Positions 20,301-29,497 of a stretch of 64,000 nucleotides of DNA are shown piece after piece; the stretch's first letter is position 1, and each line of letters begins with the position of its first letter. The translations under genes were made by a program, and so were the position numbers. Below the pieces are notes generated by a model that did no database searches, was not told the origin of the DNA, and saw only the letters and a program-made list of their open reading frames with translations. This stretch comes from a virus, in IMG/VR virus record IMGVR_UViG_3300037524_002067, positions 32,001-96,000 of that record; one strand, 5' to 3'.

Positions 20301-20421
20301 AATTTAAAAAAATATGGCCTGGCATTGTGTTGATCAACCATGTATATCTCTTGTATACACAGCCAAGTTCGCCAATTTGTGTTACCGTAAAGAGAATGAA
20401 TAGGTAACCACCATATTTTTT

Positions 20422-20946
20422 TTATTTCCACATTCCACCTGAATTCAATCTTTCGATTTCTTTTTCAAGTTTCTTTTGTTTTTTCTTTTCAATGAAATCA
20501 TCAAATTCTTTTAAAAGAGATTCTGGAATCTCAATTCCTTTATCTGAAAATTCTTTCAAAATCTCTTCTCTTGTAAAAGTGTGCTCAACAATTCCATCTG
20601 TCCACTGATCACGCCATAAACCCCAACCTCTTTTTCCAACCAACAAAGATTTCATGATGTTTGGATGTCTTGTAATGATTGGTTTTCCACCACCATACTG
20701 ACCATTTTCAAATTTTCTGAAACAGTTTTTTACTTCTGGACCATTCACATCAAACTCTATTTCTTTATCCACTTGTGAACCACAAAACGTTATCAATCCT
20801 TTTCGATTGATATCTAAGAAAAATTTAAACATCTTGTTGAAATTATCGGAATACTTCTGAAGTTTTCTGTCTAATTGTGTTCCAATTTCTTTTTTTCTTT
20901 GCTCAATTCTTTTGAGTCTTTCATTGGTTAGCTTCTCGCTCCCCAT
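20422..20946 (-). CDS. hypothetical protein
   Basis: start reassigned to MGSEK because the track start lies inside tRNA-Tyr. Confidence 0.6.
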   Translation of the reverse strand: MGSEKLTNERLKRIEQRKKEIGTQLDRKLQKYSDNFNKMFKFFLDINRKGLITFCGSQVDKEIEFDVNGPEVKNCFRKFENGQYGGGKPIITRHPNIMKSLLVGKRGWGLWRDQWTDGIVEHTFTREEILKEFSDKGIEIPESLLKEFDDFIEKKKQKKLEKEIERLNSGGMWK

Positions 20947-20988
20947 CGCTCTTTCTCGCCTTTCATAGATTTTGTTTTTAATTGTTTG

Positions 20989-21070
20989 TTGGGGTGATCG
21001 GATTCGAACCGACTCAGCCAAGGCAACAGTTTTACAGACTGTCCTAACTCTCCAGCGTTAGCGCACCCCA
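20989..21070 (-). tRNA. tRNA-Tyr(GTA)
   Basis: ACAGT-CTGTAAA-CTGT arm, long variable arm, GGTTCGAATCC. Confidence 0.75.
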
Positions 21071-21078
21071 ATTTATTC

Positions 21079-21156
21079 TGGTGGGATAGAAGGGACTTGA
21101 ACCCTATGCGGTTGAGTTTTACAGACCCTCCGACTCTATTGCCTTGGCATTATCCC
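21079..21156 (-). tRNA. tRNA-Tyr(GTA), atypical, encoded CCA
   Basis: loop CTGTAAA, GGGATA/TATCCC acceptor, ACCA end. Confidence 0.55.
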
Positions 21157-21275
21157 AGTTGTAATTTTTGTCTAGGTTTTCTTCCTAACAATTGCTTTTA
21201 GAAGCTGACACATCCTCTGACGTGCCATCCCATGTACTTAGGGTAGCCTTTCAGCAACTTCTAAACTTTTTAATG

Positions 21276-21362
21276 CGGGACTGAAGGGAGTCGAACCCTC
21301 TACGAGATTTTCATCTGCACCACATAGACAGTGTGGCATACCAGCCGTTATACGCCAGCCCC
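21276..21362 (-). tRNA. tRNA-Asp(GTC), long variable arm
   Basis: CCACA-CTGTCTA-TGTGG arm, G73. Confidence 0.75.
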
Positions 21363-21393
21363 AATTTGATTTTTATCTAGGTTTTCTCCTAGT

Positions 21394-21469
21394 TGGCAGT
21401 GCATACGGGGGTCGAACCCGCTCCTCAACCGCAGACAACGGCGCATCTTAACCATTTGACCTATGCACT
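21394..21469 (-). tRNA. tRNA-Asp(GTC)
   Basis: loop TTGTCTG, GCCA end. Confidence 0.75.
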
Positions 21470-21480
21470 ATTTTTATTCT

Positions 21481-21551
21481 TGTCATCAAGGCTGGATTTC
21501 CACCAACAACCTCCCTGTGCACGGGACTCTTAGATGTTGAGCTACTTGATG
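21481..21551 (-). tRNA. degenerate tRNA-like RNA (anticodon uncertain)
   Basis: CATCAAG/CTTGATG acceptor, TAGCTCA D-start, TCCC-GTGCACA-GGGA arm. Confidence 0.4.
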
Positions 21552-21645
21552 AAGTATGATGGTAATTGTGAAGCTATGTTTTTCGATTGGAAGTCAAATG
21601 CCCTAACGGGCTAGAAGTAAGCAAACACATGGCCATCAATAAGTA

Positions 21646-21723
21646 CGCTGCAGTGGGATTTTCACCCTCGGTTACATCTCATTCCTCACGTGGAATGTAT
21701 CTTAAAAGTTAGACGACACAGCG
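21646..21723 (-). tRNA. degenerate tRNA-like RNA (anticodon uncertain)
   Basis: CGCTGTG/TGCAGCG acceptor, CATTCC/GGAATG arm, GGGTGAAAATCCC T-arm. Confidence 0.35.
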
Positions 21724-21802
21724 ATTTAATTTCCTACGGGGTTGAAACTTGCGTATGAAGAGCGACTTCACAGAGACAAATAACAACTCACCCGTTTATG
21801 TG

Positions 21803-21876
21803 TCGAGTAGACTGGAATCGAACCAGCTAACTGATGCTTCCAGGGCACCCGTGCTTATAACCTTAGTCACTACTCG
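21803..21876 (-). tRNA. tRNA-Pro(TGG)
   Basis: C1:G72, A73, GGTGC-CCTGGAA-GCATC arm (C at position 33). Confidence 0.65.
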
Positions 21877-22508
21877 TTTTTTTTATTATTTTTACCAGCA
21901 TAAGTTTTTGTTTGACTGTGACAATTAGGACAAAGAAATCTTAAATTTTCTATTCTATTATCGTTATTCACCCCATTCTTATGATCAAGTTGTAATACTA
22001 TTTTTTCATTCATCCACTCTCCTCTATTTTTGCATTTTTCACATGCATATTCTAATAATTCTTCTTTTAACAATCTTCTTTTTAAAGCGTGTTGACTGTA
22101 ACTTGAATTTATGATTAATATCTCATTTATATCTTTTCCTTTTTGTCCAGTTCTTTCTCTTCTAATGCCTTTAAATTTTTGACCTTCAAAATGAGAATTA
22201 TCTAAGTTGTTTTCAACAATTCTTTTTTTTATAGTTCTTATATTAGAACCTGTTGTTTTAATTTTAAATCCTCTACATATTTCAGAATATGTTGTTGATG
22301 TTTTTACCAATTCTTTTAATTTAGTTACATCATATTCTCTTCCAAGTCTTATTTTAAAATGTTTTAAATTTAAATTTAATTCTAATGCTATTTCTTTTAT
22401 TTTATTAAAAGTATAACCATTGTTTTTTAAACTCATTTTAGAACATACCTCACTCAAAGAAGTACTATTTTTTATTGCACGTTTTAATTTATCTTTATCT
22501 ATTTTCAT
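21870..22508 (-). CDS. HNH homing endonuclease
   Basis: LQLDHKNGVNNDNRIENLRFLCPNCHSQT. Confidence 0.85.
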   Translation of the reverse strand: MKIDKDKLKRAIKNSTSLSEVCSKMSLKNNGYTFNKIKEIALELNLNLKHFKIRLGREYDVTKLKELVKTSTTYSEICRGFKIKTTGSNIRTIKKRIVENNLDNSHFEGQKFKGIRRERTGQKGKDINEILIINSSYSQHALKRRLLKEELLEYACEKCKNRGEWMNEKIVLQLDHKNGVNNDNRIENLRFLCPNCHSQTKTYAGKNNKKNE

Positions 22509-22634
22509 ATATTTTATTTATAAAAAAATACGAAAAATAAAAGTATTAAACAAATTATTTCAATCAATTAGACCAACTCACGCAACTCCTGATATGAAGT
22601 TTTTGATTTAAAACAAAAGCAACAAAACAAATCG

Positions 22635-22707
22635 TCAGGGTGACAGGGGTTGAACCTGCGACCTCCTGGTCCCAAACCAGGCGCTCTCCCAACTGAGCTA
22701 CACCCTG
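22635..22707 (-). tRNA. tRNA-Pro(TGG)
   Basis: canonical cloverleaf CAGGGTGTAGCTCAG...TTTGGGA. Confidence 0.92.
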
Positions 22708-22789
22708 AAGTGCTGTGGGTTTTGGAGTACCCACAGCTAAATTTCCCAATATGTCAAAGATCTCATGTTATTTTTTAACTGAAATAACC

Positions 22790-22828
22790 AAAACAAAAAA
22801 CCCGCTCTTTTTAGGGAGCGGGTTTGTT
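22790..22828 (-). terminator. attenuator terminator of tRNA array 1
   Basis: AAACCCGCTC-loop-GAGCGGGTTTTTT between the leader ORF and the first tRNA. Confidence 0.85.
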
Positions 22829-22855
22829 AATTCCTTTTGTTTGTATCACTTGTTT

Positions 22856-22984
22856 TTATCCAAGCTTTCTAAAAGTCAAAACATATCCGCTCCCATAGCT
22901 ATAATCATAAGCTGGGGCATACCCTGCACCGCCCATCATCGGGGCTGCTGGAGTAGTTGCTGAATATGTAGTTACTGTTTTCAC
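22856..22984 (-). CDS. attenuator leader peptide for the Pro/Asp/Tyr/Ala/Gly/Met tRNA array
   Basis: GTG start; MKTVTTYSATTPAAPMMGGAGYAPAYDYSYGSGYVLTFRKLG; contains GGGAGCGGATATGTT complementary to the terminator 5' arm. Confidence 0.8.
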   Translation of the reverse strand: MKTVTTYSATTPAAPMMGGAGYAPAYDYSYGSGYVLTFRKLG

Positions 22985-22994
22985 CTGTATTGTT

Positions 22995-23062
22995 TCTTTT
23001 AAATAGTTAGAAAAAATGTTTTTCTGAAAATTTATACGTACAAAGATATGTTAAGTTTCAAG
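22995..23062 (-). promoter_or_regulatory. compound promoter of tRNA array 1
   Basis: TGAAAC-N16-CGTATAA, overlapping TATCTTTG, and downstream TATTTA; near-identical layout at 45435-45500. Confidence 0.65.
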
Positions 23063-23115
23063 AATACGCAAGTTTTTTTTGAAAAAATCTTCTAAGTGAT
23101 TAAAAATCAGCTGAA

Positions 23116-23661
23116 TTAATTTTTTGTACTCAACATTAAATCCTTCACGTTCTGTACACAAAATCCATGACCTTCCCTTCTGATCAGCTCATAAATCACA
23201 CCTGTAAGCTCAGATGGTTTTGTGAATACCTGCTCTAATCCTGGGCATTTCAATGGTTCTTTAGAAAGAAATTCTCCATATCCTTTATCGGCCCACTCTT
23301 GCATTGTAGCTGCCACATCATCCACCTGGAAGGCCATGTGATGAATTCCTCCTACACCATCTCTAGCTTTAACCCAGTCTCCAACAATAGAACCTTCTTC
23401 GCCATCAGATATAAATATCTCTGGTGCCACATGATAAACCTGGTTAATATCACCGAATGGAAAGTTTATTGCCCAAGGCAAATTCTCGCTCACCTTTTCA
23501 GATGGCACAAGCACAAGACAATTGGCCTCTGTACCATCATCAAATTGCAATTTAAAGCCATCTGGAAGATCTTCAGCAATTCTATACCCAAGGCAATCAA
23601 TAAAGAACTGAGCTGTTTTATGACGGTTTTTGACCCTATAGGCCACATGGTCTAATCTCAT
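23116..23661 (-). CDS. VOC/glyoxalase superfamily protein
   Basis: RLDHVAYRV...GGIHHMAFQVDDV...YELIRR. Confidence 0.8.
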   Translation of the reverse strand: MRLDHVAYRVKNRHKTAQFFIDCLGYRIAEDLPDGFKLQFDDGTEANCLVLVPSEKVSENLPWAINFPFGDINQVYHVAPEIFISDGEEGSIVGDWVKARDGVGGIHHMAFQVDDVAATMQEWADKGYGEFLSKEPLKCPGLEQVFTKPSELTGVIYELIRREGHGFCVQNVKDLMLSTKN

Positions 23662-23735
23662 TTTTTGCGTTTTTTGAATAAATAGGAATAAAAAAACCCC
23701 AGACAAGTCTGAGGTTTAAATTTCTAAAAGTGGTC

Positions 23736-23927
23736 TTACCAACCCTCTTTTTTTACTCCTGCTGCAACAGCTGCTTCTGCAGTTTCTTTAGACATTATAA
23801 GGGACATTTTATGACCATCTTTCGACGCGCCCTTACAAATGTATCCACCTTTTGATGTTAAGCTAATAATGGGATCTACCATTGCTTCTTTTTGTTTAGT
23901 CTTAAGACAATACGCTTCAATAATCAT
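23736..23927 (-). CDS. small protein (DUF5679-like)
   Basis: EAYCLKTK...KG...GHKMS. Confidence 0.55.
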   Translation of the reverse strand: MIIEAYCLKTKQKEAMVDPIISLTSKGGYICKGASKDGHKMSLIMSKETAEAAVAAGVKKEGW

Positions 23928-24010
23928 AATTTATAGTTTTAATTGGTTTAGTATAAATATAGTCACTTTTTATATAAGTACACAATATTTAAAAAGAAAA
24001 ACGTTGATAG

Positions 24011-24889
24011 TCAGGTGTTTTCTTTGTAGAACTTAAAATAATACGCTTCCATTGGGTTTTTACTCATTGTTTCAAAATTACCTTTTCCTAAAAAAAGCTC
24101 GTCTTTTCTAATACCAGTACCAATAATATTAATCATTTTTTTATTTTTAAACCACTTCATATCGTTTGGATTTCTAATCCATCTAACCAAAAAATCGTTA
24201 TAATAAATTTTAATAAATTTTTCAGAATATATACATTTTATATTTAATGTTTTATCTTGATCGACTATTTTGCCGTGTTTGCCAGCTTTTAAATCATAAT
24301 GTAAACCTGGTTTTATTTTAGAATCCCCTAGGTGTATATTTGTCTCTATTCTTTCTTCGTATCGACCATATTCATTTGACAAACCCTCCATTGGATCTAT
24401 TTCTGGTGGCCAAGAATCTTCGGCAGATAACCATGTAGCTGGCCACAAAATAGCGCCACCTGGCATTTTTATACTCCACTCATAAAGACCATATCCATAA
24501 GAATTTCGTGAAGCTATTAAACCTATACCAAAAGGAATTGTGACTGGTGTCAAATTATCTTTTGGTTGTTCTCCAGGATTTACAATATAAGTGGTAACTG
24601 TTTTTGTGTTATTGGTAACTTTACAAAACAAACCATTTTGATTAATTTCTATTGCTTCTGGGTCATACCACTGTTGTAAATCCCCAGGATGATAATCTCC
24701 CCAAGCTTGATTTTTTCTGTAATGATTTTCAAGTTCAACCATAGTCATGTTTTTAAAATCATGGTGTGTGTCAAGTTTAAATTTTTCACAACTTATTTTA
24801 AAAAATCCTTTTTTGATTTTAAAAATATTATAAAGAACAAAATTTTTAAAACCTAGTATTTTGTTACACAATTTATCACTTATAATCAT
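24011..24889 (-). CDS. glycoside hydrolase family 16
   Basis: YGLYE...WPATWL...WPPEIDPMEG catalytic motif. Confidence 0.8.
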   Translation of the reverse strand: MIISDKLCNKILGFKNFVLYNIFKIKKGFFKISCEKFKLDTHHDFKNMTMVELENHYRKNQAWGDYHPGDLQQWYDPEAIEINQNGLFCKVTNNTKTVTTYIVNPGEQPKDNLTPVTIPFGIGLIASRNSYGYGLYEWSIKMPGGAILWPATWLSAEDSWPPEIDPMEGLSNEYGRYEERIETNIHLGDSKIKPGLHYDLKAGKHGKIVDQDKTLNIKCIYSEKFIKIYYNDFLVRWIRNPNDMKWFKNKKMINIIGTGIRKDELFLGKGNFETMSKNPMEAYYFKFYKENT

Positions 24890-24938
24890 ATTTTTTTCTT
24901 ATAAATAGATTGTGTTTTTAAAATCAAGTGTTTACTAA

Positions 24939-25394
24939 TTATTTCTTATTTTTAAAACTAGGTTCCATCACATTCTCAACCACAACAAATGGTAAACGTT
25001 TACCATCAATAAGATAATCTCTTTTATCGTGTATTGTACTTTTAGTATGTGTTTTATCAACTTTAGTAACAGTTATTTTAAGACGCGGACCTTTTGCTGA
25101 TTTAATCCTATGAATTTGAAGGTCGCCAGGTCCACCGCCATACCAAATATCTTGACTTCCCCAACCATGCTTTTTTCTATACCATTCTCTACCACCATTC
25201 TCTTCGATAAGATATTTGAATGTTTCATCAAAAAATGGGTTTGGAATTCCTAAAATATCGCAATCCCCCCCAACGGTTGCAGTCATTAAATCAACATTGT
25301 ATTGACCTCCACATGATTTACACTCACACATTCTCCATTTTGTATGAATTAGTCTAACAACATCGTGACATTTTTTACAATGAATGAGTTTCAT
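24939..25394 (-). CDS. hypothetical Zn-binding protein
   Basis: CKKC and CECKSC motifs. Confidence 0.6.
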   Translation of the reverse strand: MKLIHCKKCHDVVRLIHTKWRMCECKSCGGQYNVDLMTATVGGDCDILGIPNPFFDETFKYLIEENGGREWYRKKHGWGSQDIWYGGGPGDLQIHRIKSAKGPRLKITVTKVDKTHTKSTIHDKRDYLIDGKRLPFVVVENVMEPSFKNKK

Positions 25395-25396
25395 AT

Positions 25397-25840
25397 TTAT
25401 TTATTTCCAGTGCTGCCAAATCCGCCAGTTCCGCGATCCGTAGACCCCAATTCTTCTACGGTTTCAACCACTTCAAATTCGGCTACTTCATGTTTAGCAA
25501 AAACCATTTGAGCAATACGCTCACCATGTTCAATTTTTTGATGATCCGTTGATGAGTTGAATAAAATAACTTTTATCTCACCTCTATAATCGGCATCTAT
25601 CGTGCCTGGTGTGTTAAGTACCGTAATTCCTCTTTTTGCTGCCAAACCGCTACGAGGTCTTACTTGTCCTTCGAAACCCAAAGGAATTTCCATAAAAAGA
25701 CCTGTGGGTATAATTTCTCTTCCGCCTGGGGTTATCATTATTGACTCTTCAAGGTTTGCTTTTAAGTCAAATCCAGCAGCACCAGCAGTTGCATAAGCTG
25801 GTAATTCATTTTTTGATTTGTTTACAATTTTTATTTTCAT
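25397..25840 (-). CDS. dut: dUTPase
   Basis: [32 protein letters not shown]. Confidence 0.97.
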   Translation of the reverse strand: MKIKIVNKSKNELPAYATAGAAGFDLKANLEESIMITPGGREIIPTGLFMEIPLGFEGQVRPRSGLAAKRGITVLNTPGTIDADYRGEIKVILFNSSTDHQKIEHGERIAQMVFAKHEVAEFEVVETVEELGSTDRGTGGFGSTGNK

Positions 25841-25855
25841 ATGCAGTATTTATTT

Positions 25856-27298
25856 TTAAAAAGGTAAATCTTTATTTGGGCCATTTCCACTTTTGGATGT
25901 TTTTGGATTCATAATTTCATTCCAATCTAATCCTTGCGAGCTTTTTCTCGAATTGTTGTTGATTTCAAATCCAACTGGGGTCATTCTTTCTTTTGATATG
26001 CTTTCTTCATCAGCCATATCATATACTTCTTGCAAATCTTTGTTAAGTGTTTCTACAACTGATTTAAGAGTATCAACAGTTATTTTTTCAACTTTTTTTG
26101 AAACGGCGTAAGACATTATTGCTTCAGATAAGTTTTTTATTTGGGCACCAGTCATTGTGCCACCATCTTTATCGAGAATAATTTTATCATAGACCTGCTT
26201 CAAAACTTCTTCAACTACTTTTGGTTTATCTTTTTTTGAATCGAATAATATTCCATCAAAATAATGCTTCACACATAAAATTGAATTTATTTCATCGAGC
26301 GCTCCAAATTTTACAACTTTATCAATACGCCCTGGACGTTTTAGAATACGTGGTTCAATTCTTTTTGGGTGATTTGTTGTAAAAATAGAATAACAACCCT
26401 TCTCTGTTTTTGGCTGATTTATTCCATCAAGATAATTAAGAATTCCAGAATCGCTCCATGGAATTGTGCTTTCAGCGTCTTCTAGTATTATAAGTGTTGG
26501 CATTTTAGCTTTAGATACATTATATGTGTGCATCATAACAGCTTTTAAATCTGTTGCAATTACAACACACATTCTTTTAGAATACTCCTGAGCAATCAAC
26601 ATTGCAGCGCTTGTTTTTCCTCCACCAGGCTCACCAACAAGAAGCATTCTCCTTGATCCTGGTTGAGAAAATCTTGTATAATAATCGACGTTATCAAAAA
26701 ACTGTTTTATATCTTCTTCTACCAACTTTATATTTTGATGAAAGACCACATTTTTTTTAAAATCTTTTGGTTTAATTTCTTCATAATTCAACACAGCACC
26801 AATTGATGGTGCTATGGTTACATGTATTTTATAAAGACCTATTTTTGGTTTAGAATTTATTTTGGCTTGTTGATGTAGGTACCTATAATAGTTATTTATT
26901 GTTTCTTTAGATCCAACTCCATAAGTTTCAACTATAGAGTTTCTACCAAAACCAACAACTCGTTGCGAGTAAATTAAAAAACTCTCATCGCTAAAACTCA
27001 ATTTAAATATACCAGATTCTGCATCGAATTTAACAGCTCTTGTTTTTTGATCAAAGCTGTGAGATAAAACCATATTTGGCAACACATCGTTTTTTATTGA
27101 CTCTATTTTTATAGGTTTAAAAACTTTTGAGTCTTTGTTTTTTGATTTGGAGTTTTTATAAATTTCTTCTCTTATTTTAGAAGGGCTTATTGCAAAGTCT
27201 AAAACAGCAACAGCAAACTCATCTTGTTTGCTCATTTCTTTAAAATTTGATCTAAGAACTTTGATTATTTGATCTCTTTGGTTTTTCGATTCAGCCAT
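25856..27298 (-). CDS. AAA+ ATPase
   Basis: GEPGGGKT, IILEDAE, TTNHP..I..RPGRID. Confidence 0.85.
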   Translation of the reverse strand: MAESKNQRDQIIKVLRSNFKEMSKQDEFAVAVLDFAISPSKIREEIYKNSKSKNKDSKVFKPIKIESIKNDVLPNMVLSHSFDQKTRAVKFDAESGIFKLSFSDESFLIYSQRVVGFGRNSIVETYGVGSKETINNYYRYLHQQAKINSKPKIGLYKIHVTIAPSIGAVLNYEEIKPKDFKKNVVFHQNIKLVEEDIKQFFDNVDYYTRFSQPGSRRMLLVGEPGGGKTSAAMLIAQEYSKRMCVVIATDLKAVMMHTYNVSKAKMPTLIILEDAESTIPWSDSGILNYLDGINQPKTEKGCYSIFTTNHPKRIEPRILKRPGRIDKVVKFGALDEINSILCVKHYFDGILFDSKKDKPKVVEEVLKQVYDKIILDKDGGTMTGAQIKNLSEAIMSYAVSKKVEKITVDTLKSVVETLNKDLQEVYDMADEESISKERMTPVGFEINNNSRKSSQGLDWNEIMNPKTSKSGNGPNKDLPF

Positions 27299-27370
27299 GT
27301 GAAAATATTTGGTTTATGCGAATATACGAAAAAAAATAAAAACCCAGACTTTTTTATTAACCTGAGTGTG

Positions 27371-28183
27371 TTATTTATTTTCAACTATGTGTTTTTTAAG
27401 CTCTTTAACGCAGTCTTTAAGCTCTAAAATCTGTTGTTTCAATCCCTTAACCTCTTCATTTAAATTATCATTATTATCACTAACCATTGCATCTACAAAT
27501 ATTGAATTGGTTATAGAAAGACCTATTATACCGCCAAAAAACATTAACAAGGAAAAATATAGCTTTGAAAATAGCCCAACAATATGACTACTTCTACTAG
27601 CAATAAGATCTGGGATTGTATTCCAACCTTCAACAGAAAAAACTTGAAATGTTGAAAATATTGCATCTATTGGCGTTGAAAAATACTCTGGGGCAAGATT
27701 TTTAAAAATTGCACAAGATAACATTGAAAATATAAATAGAAGAGTAAAGAAGCCAAAGAACACCAAATAAGAAGAGTTAATAGCTCTTCTTAAACCTGGT
27801 AAAATACTGTCAACTTGTGGAAAATATTTAAGCAATCTAAAAAACTTAAACACTCTAAAGACCCTAAAGATAAGCAAAATCTCAAGATCAAAAACAAAAA
27901 CTGAAAACAAAGATGGAATAGAAACCAAAATAAGAACAAAATCCATCTTATTCCAACCAGTACTAATATAGACTTTAAAACTTCTAGTCTTAATCTTTAA
28001 ATACATTTCGCAAATAAATGCAATCGTAAACAGTGTTTCAAAAAAATTCAGAGCTGGTATTTCAACTCTGAATTCTTGTATAAATATTACAATTGCATTT
28101 AACACGATCATTGCCAAAATAATATTGTTATTTAGCAATAATGTCTCAATATGTTTTTTAAATTTTTTGAGTTTTTTTAGCAT
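27371..28183 (-). CDS. voltage-gated cation channel (BacNav-like)
   Basis: six TM segments, S4 FRVFRVFKFFRLLK, pore FQVFSVEGW, C-terminal coiled coil. Confidence 0.85.
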   Translation of the reverse strand: MLKKLKKFKKHIETLLLNNNIILAMIVLNAIVIFIQEFRVEIPALNFFETLFTIAFICEMYLKIKTRSFKVYISTGWNKMDFVLILVSIPSLFSVFVFDLEILLIFRVFRVFKFFRLLKYFPQVDSILPGLRRAINSSYLVFFGFFTLLFIFSMLSCAIFKNLAPEYFSTPIDAIFSTFQVFSVEGWNTIPDLIASRSSHIVGLFSKLYFSLLMFFGGIIGLSITNSIFVDAMVSDNNDNLNEEVKGLKQQILELKDCVKELKKHIVENK

Positions 28184-28202
28184 TAAATTTCATGTGGATT
28201 AT

Positions 28203-28682
28203 TTAAAAAGTTTTAGTGAGCCCTAAACTCACATAGTTGGTTCTTGACCAATTGCTATATTGGACAAAATATCCCAGGTTGTTTGGCATATAACAAAAAC
28301 CTGCGCCGTATTCAATAAACATCGGCAATCCACTTTCTCCATAAACGCCAACACCAAATAAACCATATAAACTAACAACATCAGTTATAGATTTTGACAC
28401 AGATGTTTTAAATTCAAAGAATGACCTGGTAGAAGAAGTTACAAGAAAATTTTCATATCCTAGAACAAGACCAAGATTTACGTTTTTGCCCACGACACCA
28501 ACTTCAACTGAGGGGTATGAAGCCTTGCTAAAATTGTTTATGGATTCATCATTTGGATCCACATGTCCAATAGATACTCCAATTGAAGCATAGGGTTTCA
28601 ACTTTGTTTTTGTTGAGTCTGTTTGTGCATATGAGCACAGGCTGATCAGAATAGCCACCATGATTGTAATTGTTTTTTTCAT
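28203..28682 (-). CDS. outer-membrane beta-barrel protein
   Basis: signal peptide, alternating beta strands, terminal Phe. Confidence 0.6.
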   Translation of the reverse strand: MKKTITIMVAILISLCSYAQTDSTKTKLKPYASIGVSIGHVDPNDESINNFSKASYPSVEVGVVGKNVNLGLVLGYENFLVTSSTRSFFEFKTSVSKSITDVVSLYGLFGVGVYGESGLPMFIEYGAGFCYMPNNLGYFVQYSNWSRTNYVSLGLTKTF

Positions 28683-28694
28683 TTGTTGTTTTTT

Positions 28695-29252
28695 TTATTT
28701 GTTTTTATTTTCTTCAAATTCTGTAAGTATTTTAGCAAATTCTAATAAACCAATTTGATCATCTATGTGATAACAATCCACATATCTATCAACTTTTAAT
28801 TTGCCAGACTTACAAAGCTCGGCCATTTCTCCACGATTGATTGGAATATACTCTTTTTTTAATATTTCAGAATATTCTTTTTTATAACCAAGTTCAATTA
28901 ATTTTTCGTCCAATTCTTCGTTATACACTGGTTGAGATACATAATCATCTGGAGAAATACCGCCACCATCTCCACCAGCTCTTACAGTTACACCAAGCTT
29001 TTGTACACGTGTAGGATGCGGTTTGTTATATAGTTCAAGAGCAACATCCAAAGGTAAACCATTTTGATCTTCTTCTACTCTAGCGCTCCAATAATACCAA
29101 CGCCTTGAAAATGTCCAGCGACCAATTTTGCCAACATAAGAATAAGGTACCTCAGTGTTGCCTTTATTTATTTTTATTGCTGGTATACCAGCTAAATACA
29201 ATTCTTCTAAAATTGTTTTATCGGCTGTTGGTTCTCCTGCTAAATTTATCAT
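28695..29252 (-). CDS. hypothetical protein
   Basis: 185 aa ORF in operon. Confidence 0.6.
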   Translation of the reverse strand: MINLAGEPTADKTILEELYLAGIPAIKINKGNTEVPYSYVGKIGRWTFSRRWYYWSARVEEDQNGLPLDVALELYNKPHPTRVQKLGVTVRAGGDGGGISPDDYVSQPVYNEELDEKLIELGYKKEYSEILKKEYIPINRGEMAELCKSGKLKVDRYVDCYHIDDQIGLLEFAKILTEFEENKNK

Positions 29253-29254
29253 TG

Positions 29255-29488
29255 TTATTTTATTAAGCTATATCTACGAACACCTGAAGCTATAGTTTTT
29301 GGAACCCCAGATTTCCCCACAATCAAATCACCTTCAAGCAACACAATAGTCGAATCATCACATTCAACATTATAGAAGGTATCAACGTCTCCATTGTTAT
29401 ATGTAACTGTAATGTTTAAAACCGTGTTGTTTCTGTTGCAAGATACTAACAAAAACACAAACAATATAATCAGTATTTTTTTCATCAT
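29255..29488 (-). CDS. putative lipoprotein
   Basis: LLVSC lipobox. Confidence 0.6.
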   Translation of the reverse strand: MMKKILIILFVFLLVSCNRNNTVLNITVTYNNGDVDTFYNVECDDSTIVLLEGDLIVGKSGVPKTIASGVRRYSLIK

Positions 29489-29497
29489 TATTATTTA

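Noticed and set aside
22715-22963. Plus-strand 82-aa ORF and 22564..22749 ORF
   Set aside because: Antisense to the leader peptide and terminator, or overlapping tRNA-Pro; no protein-like features.
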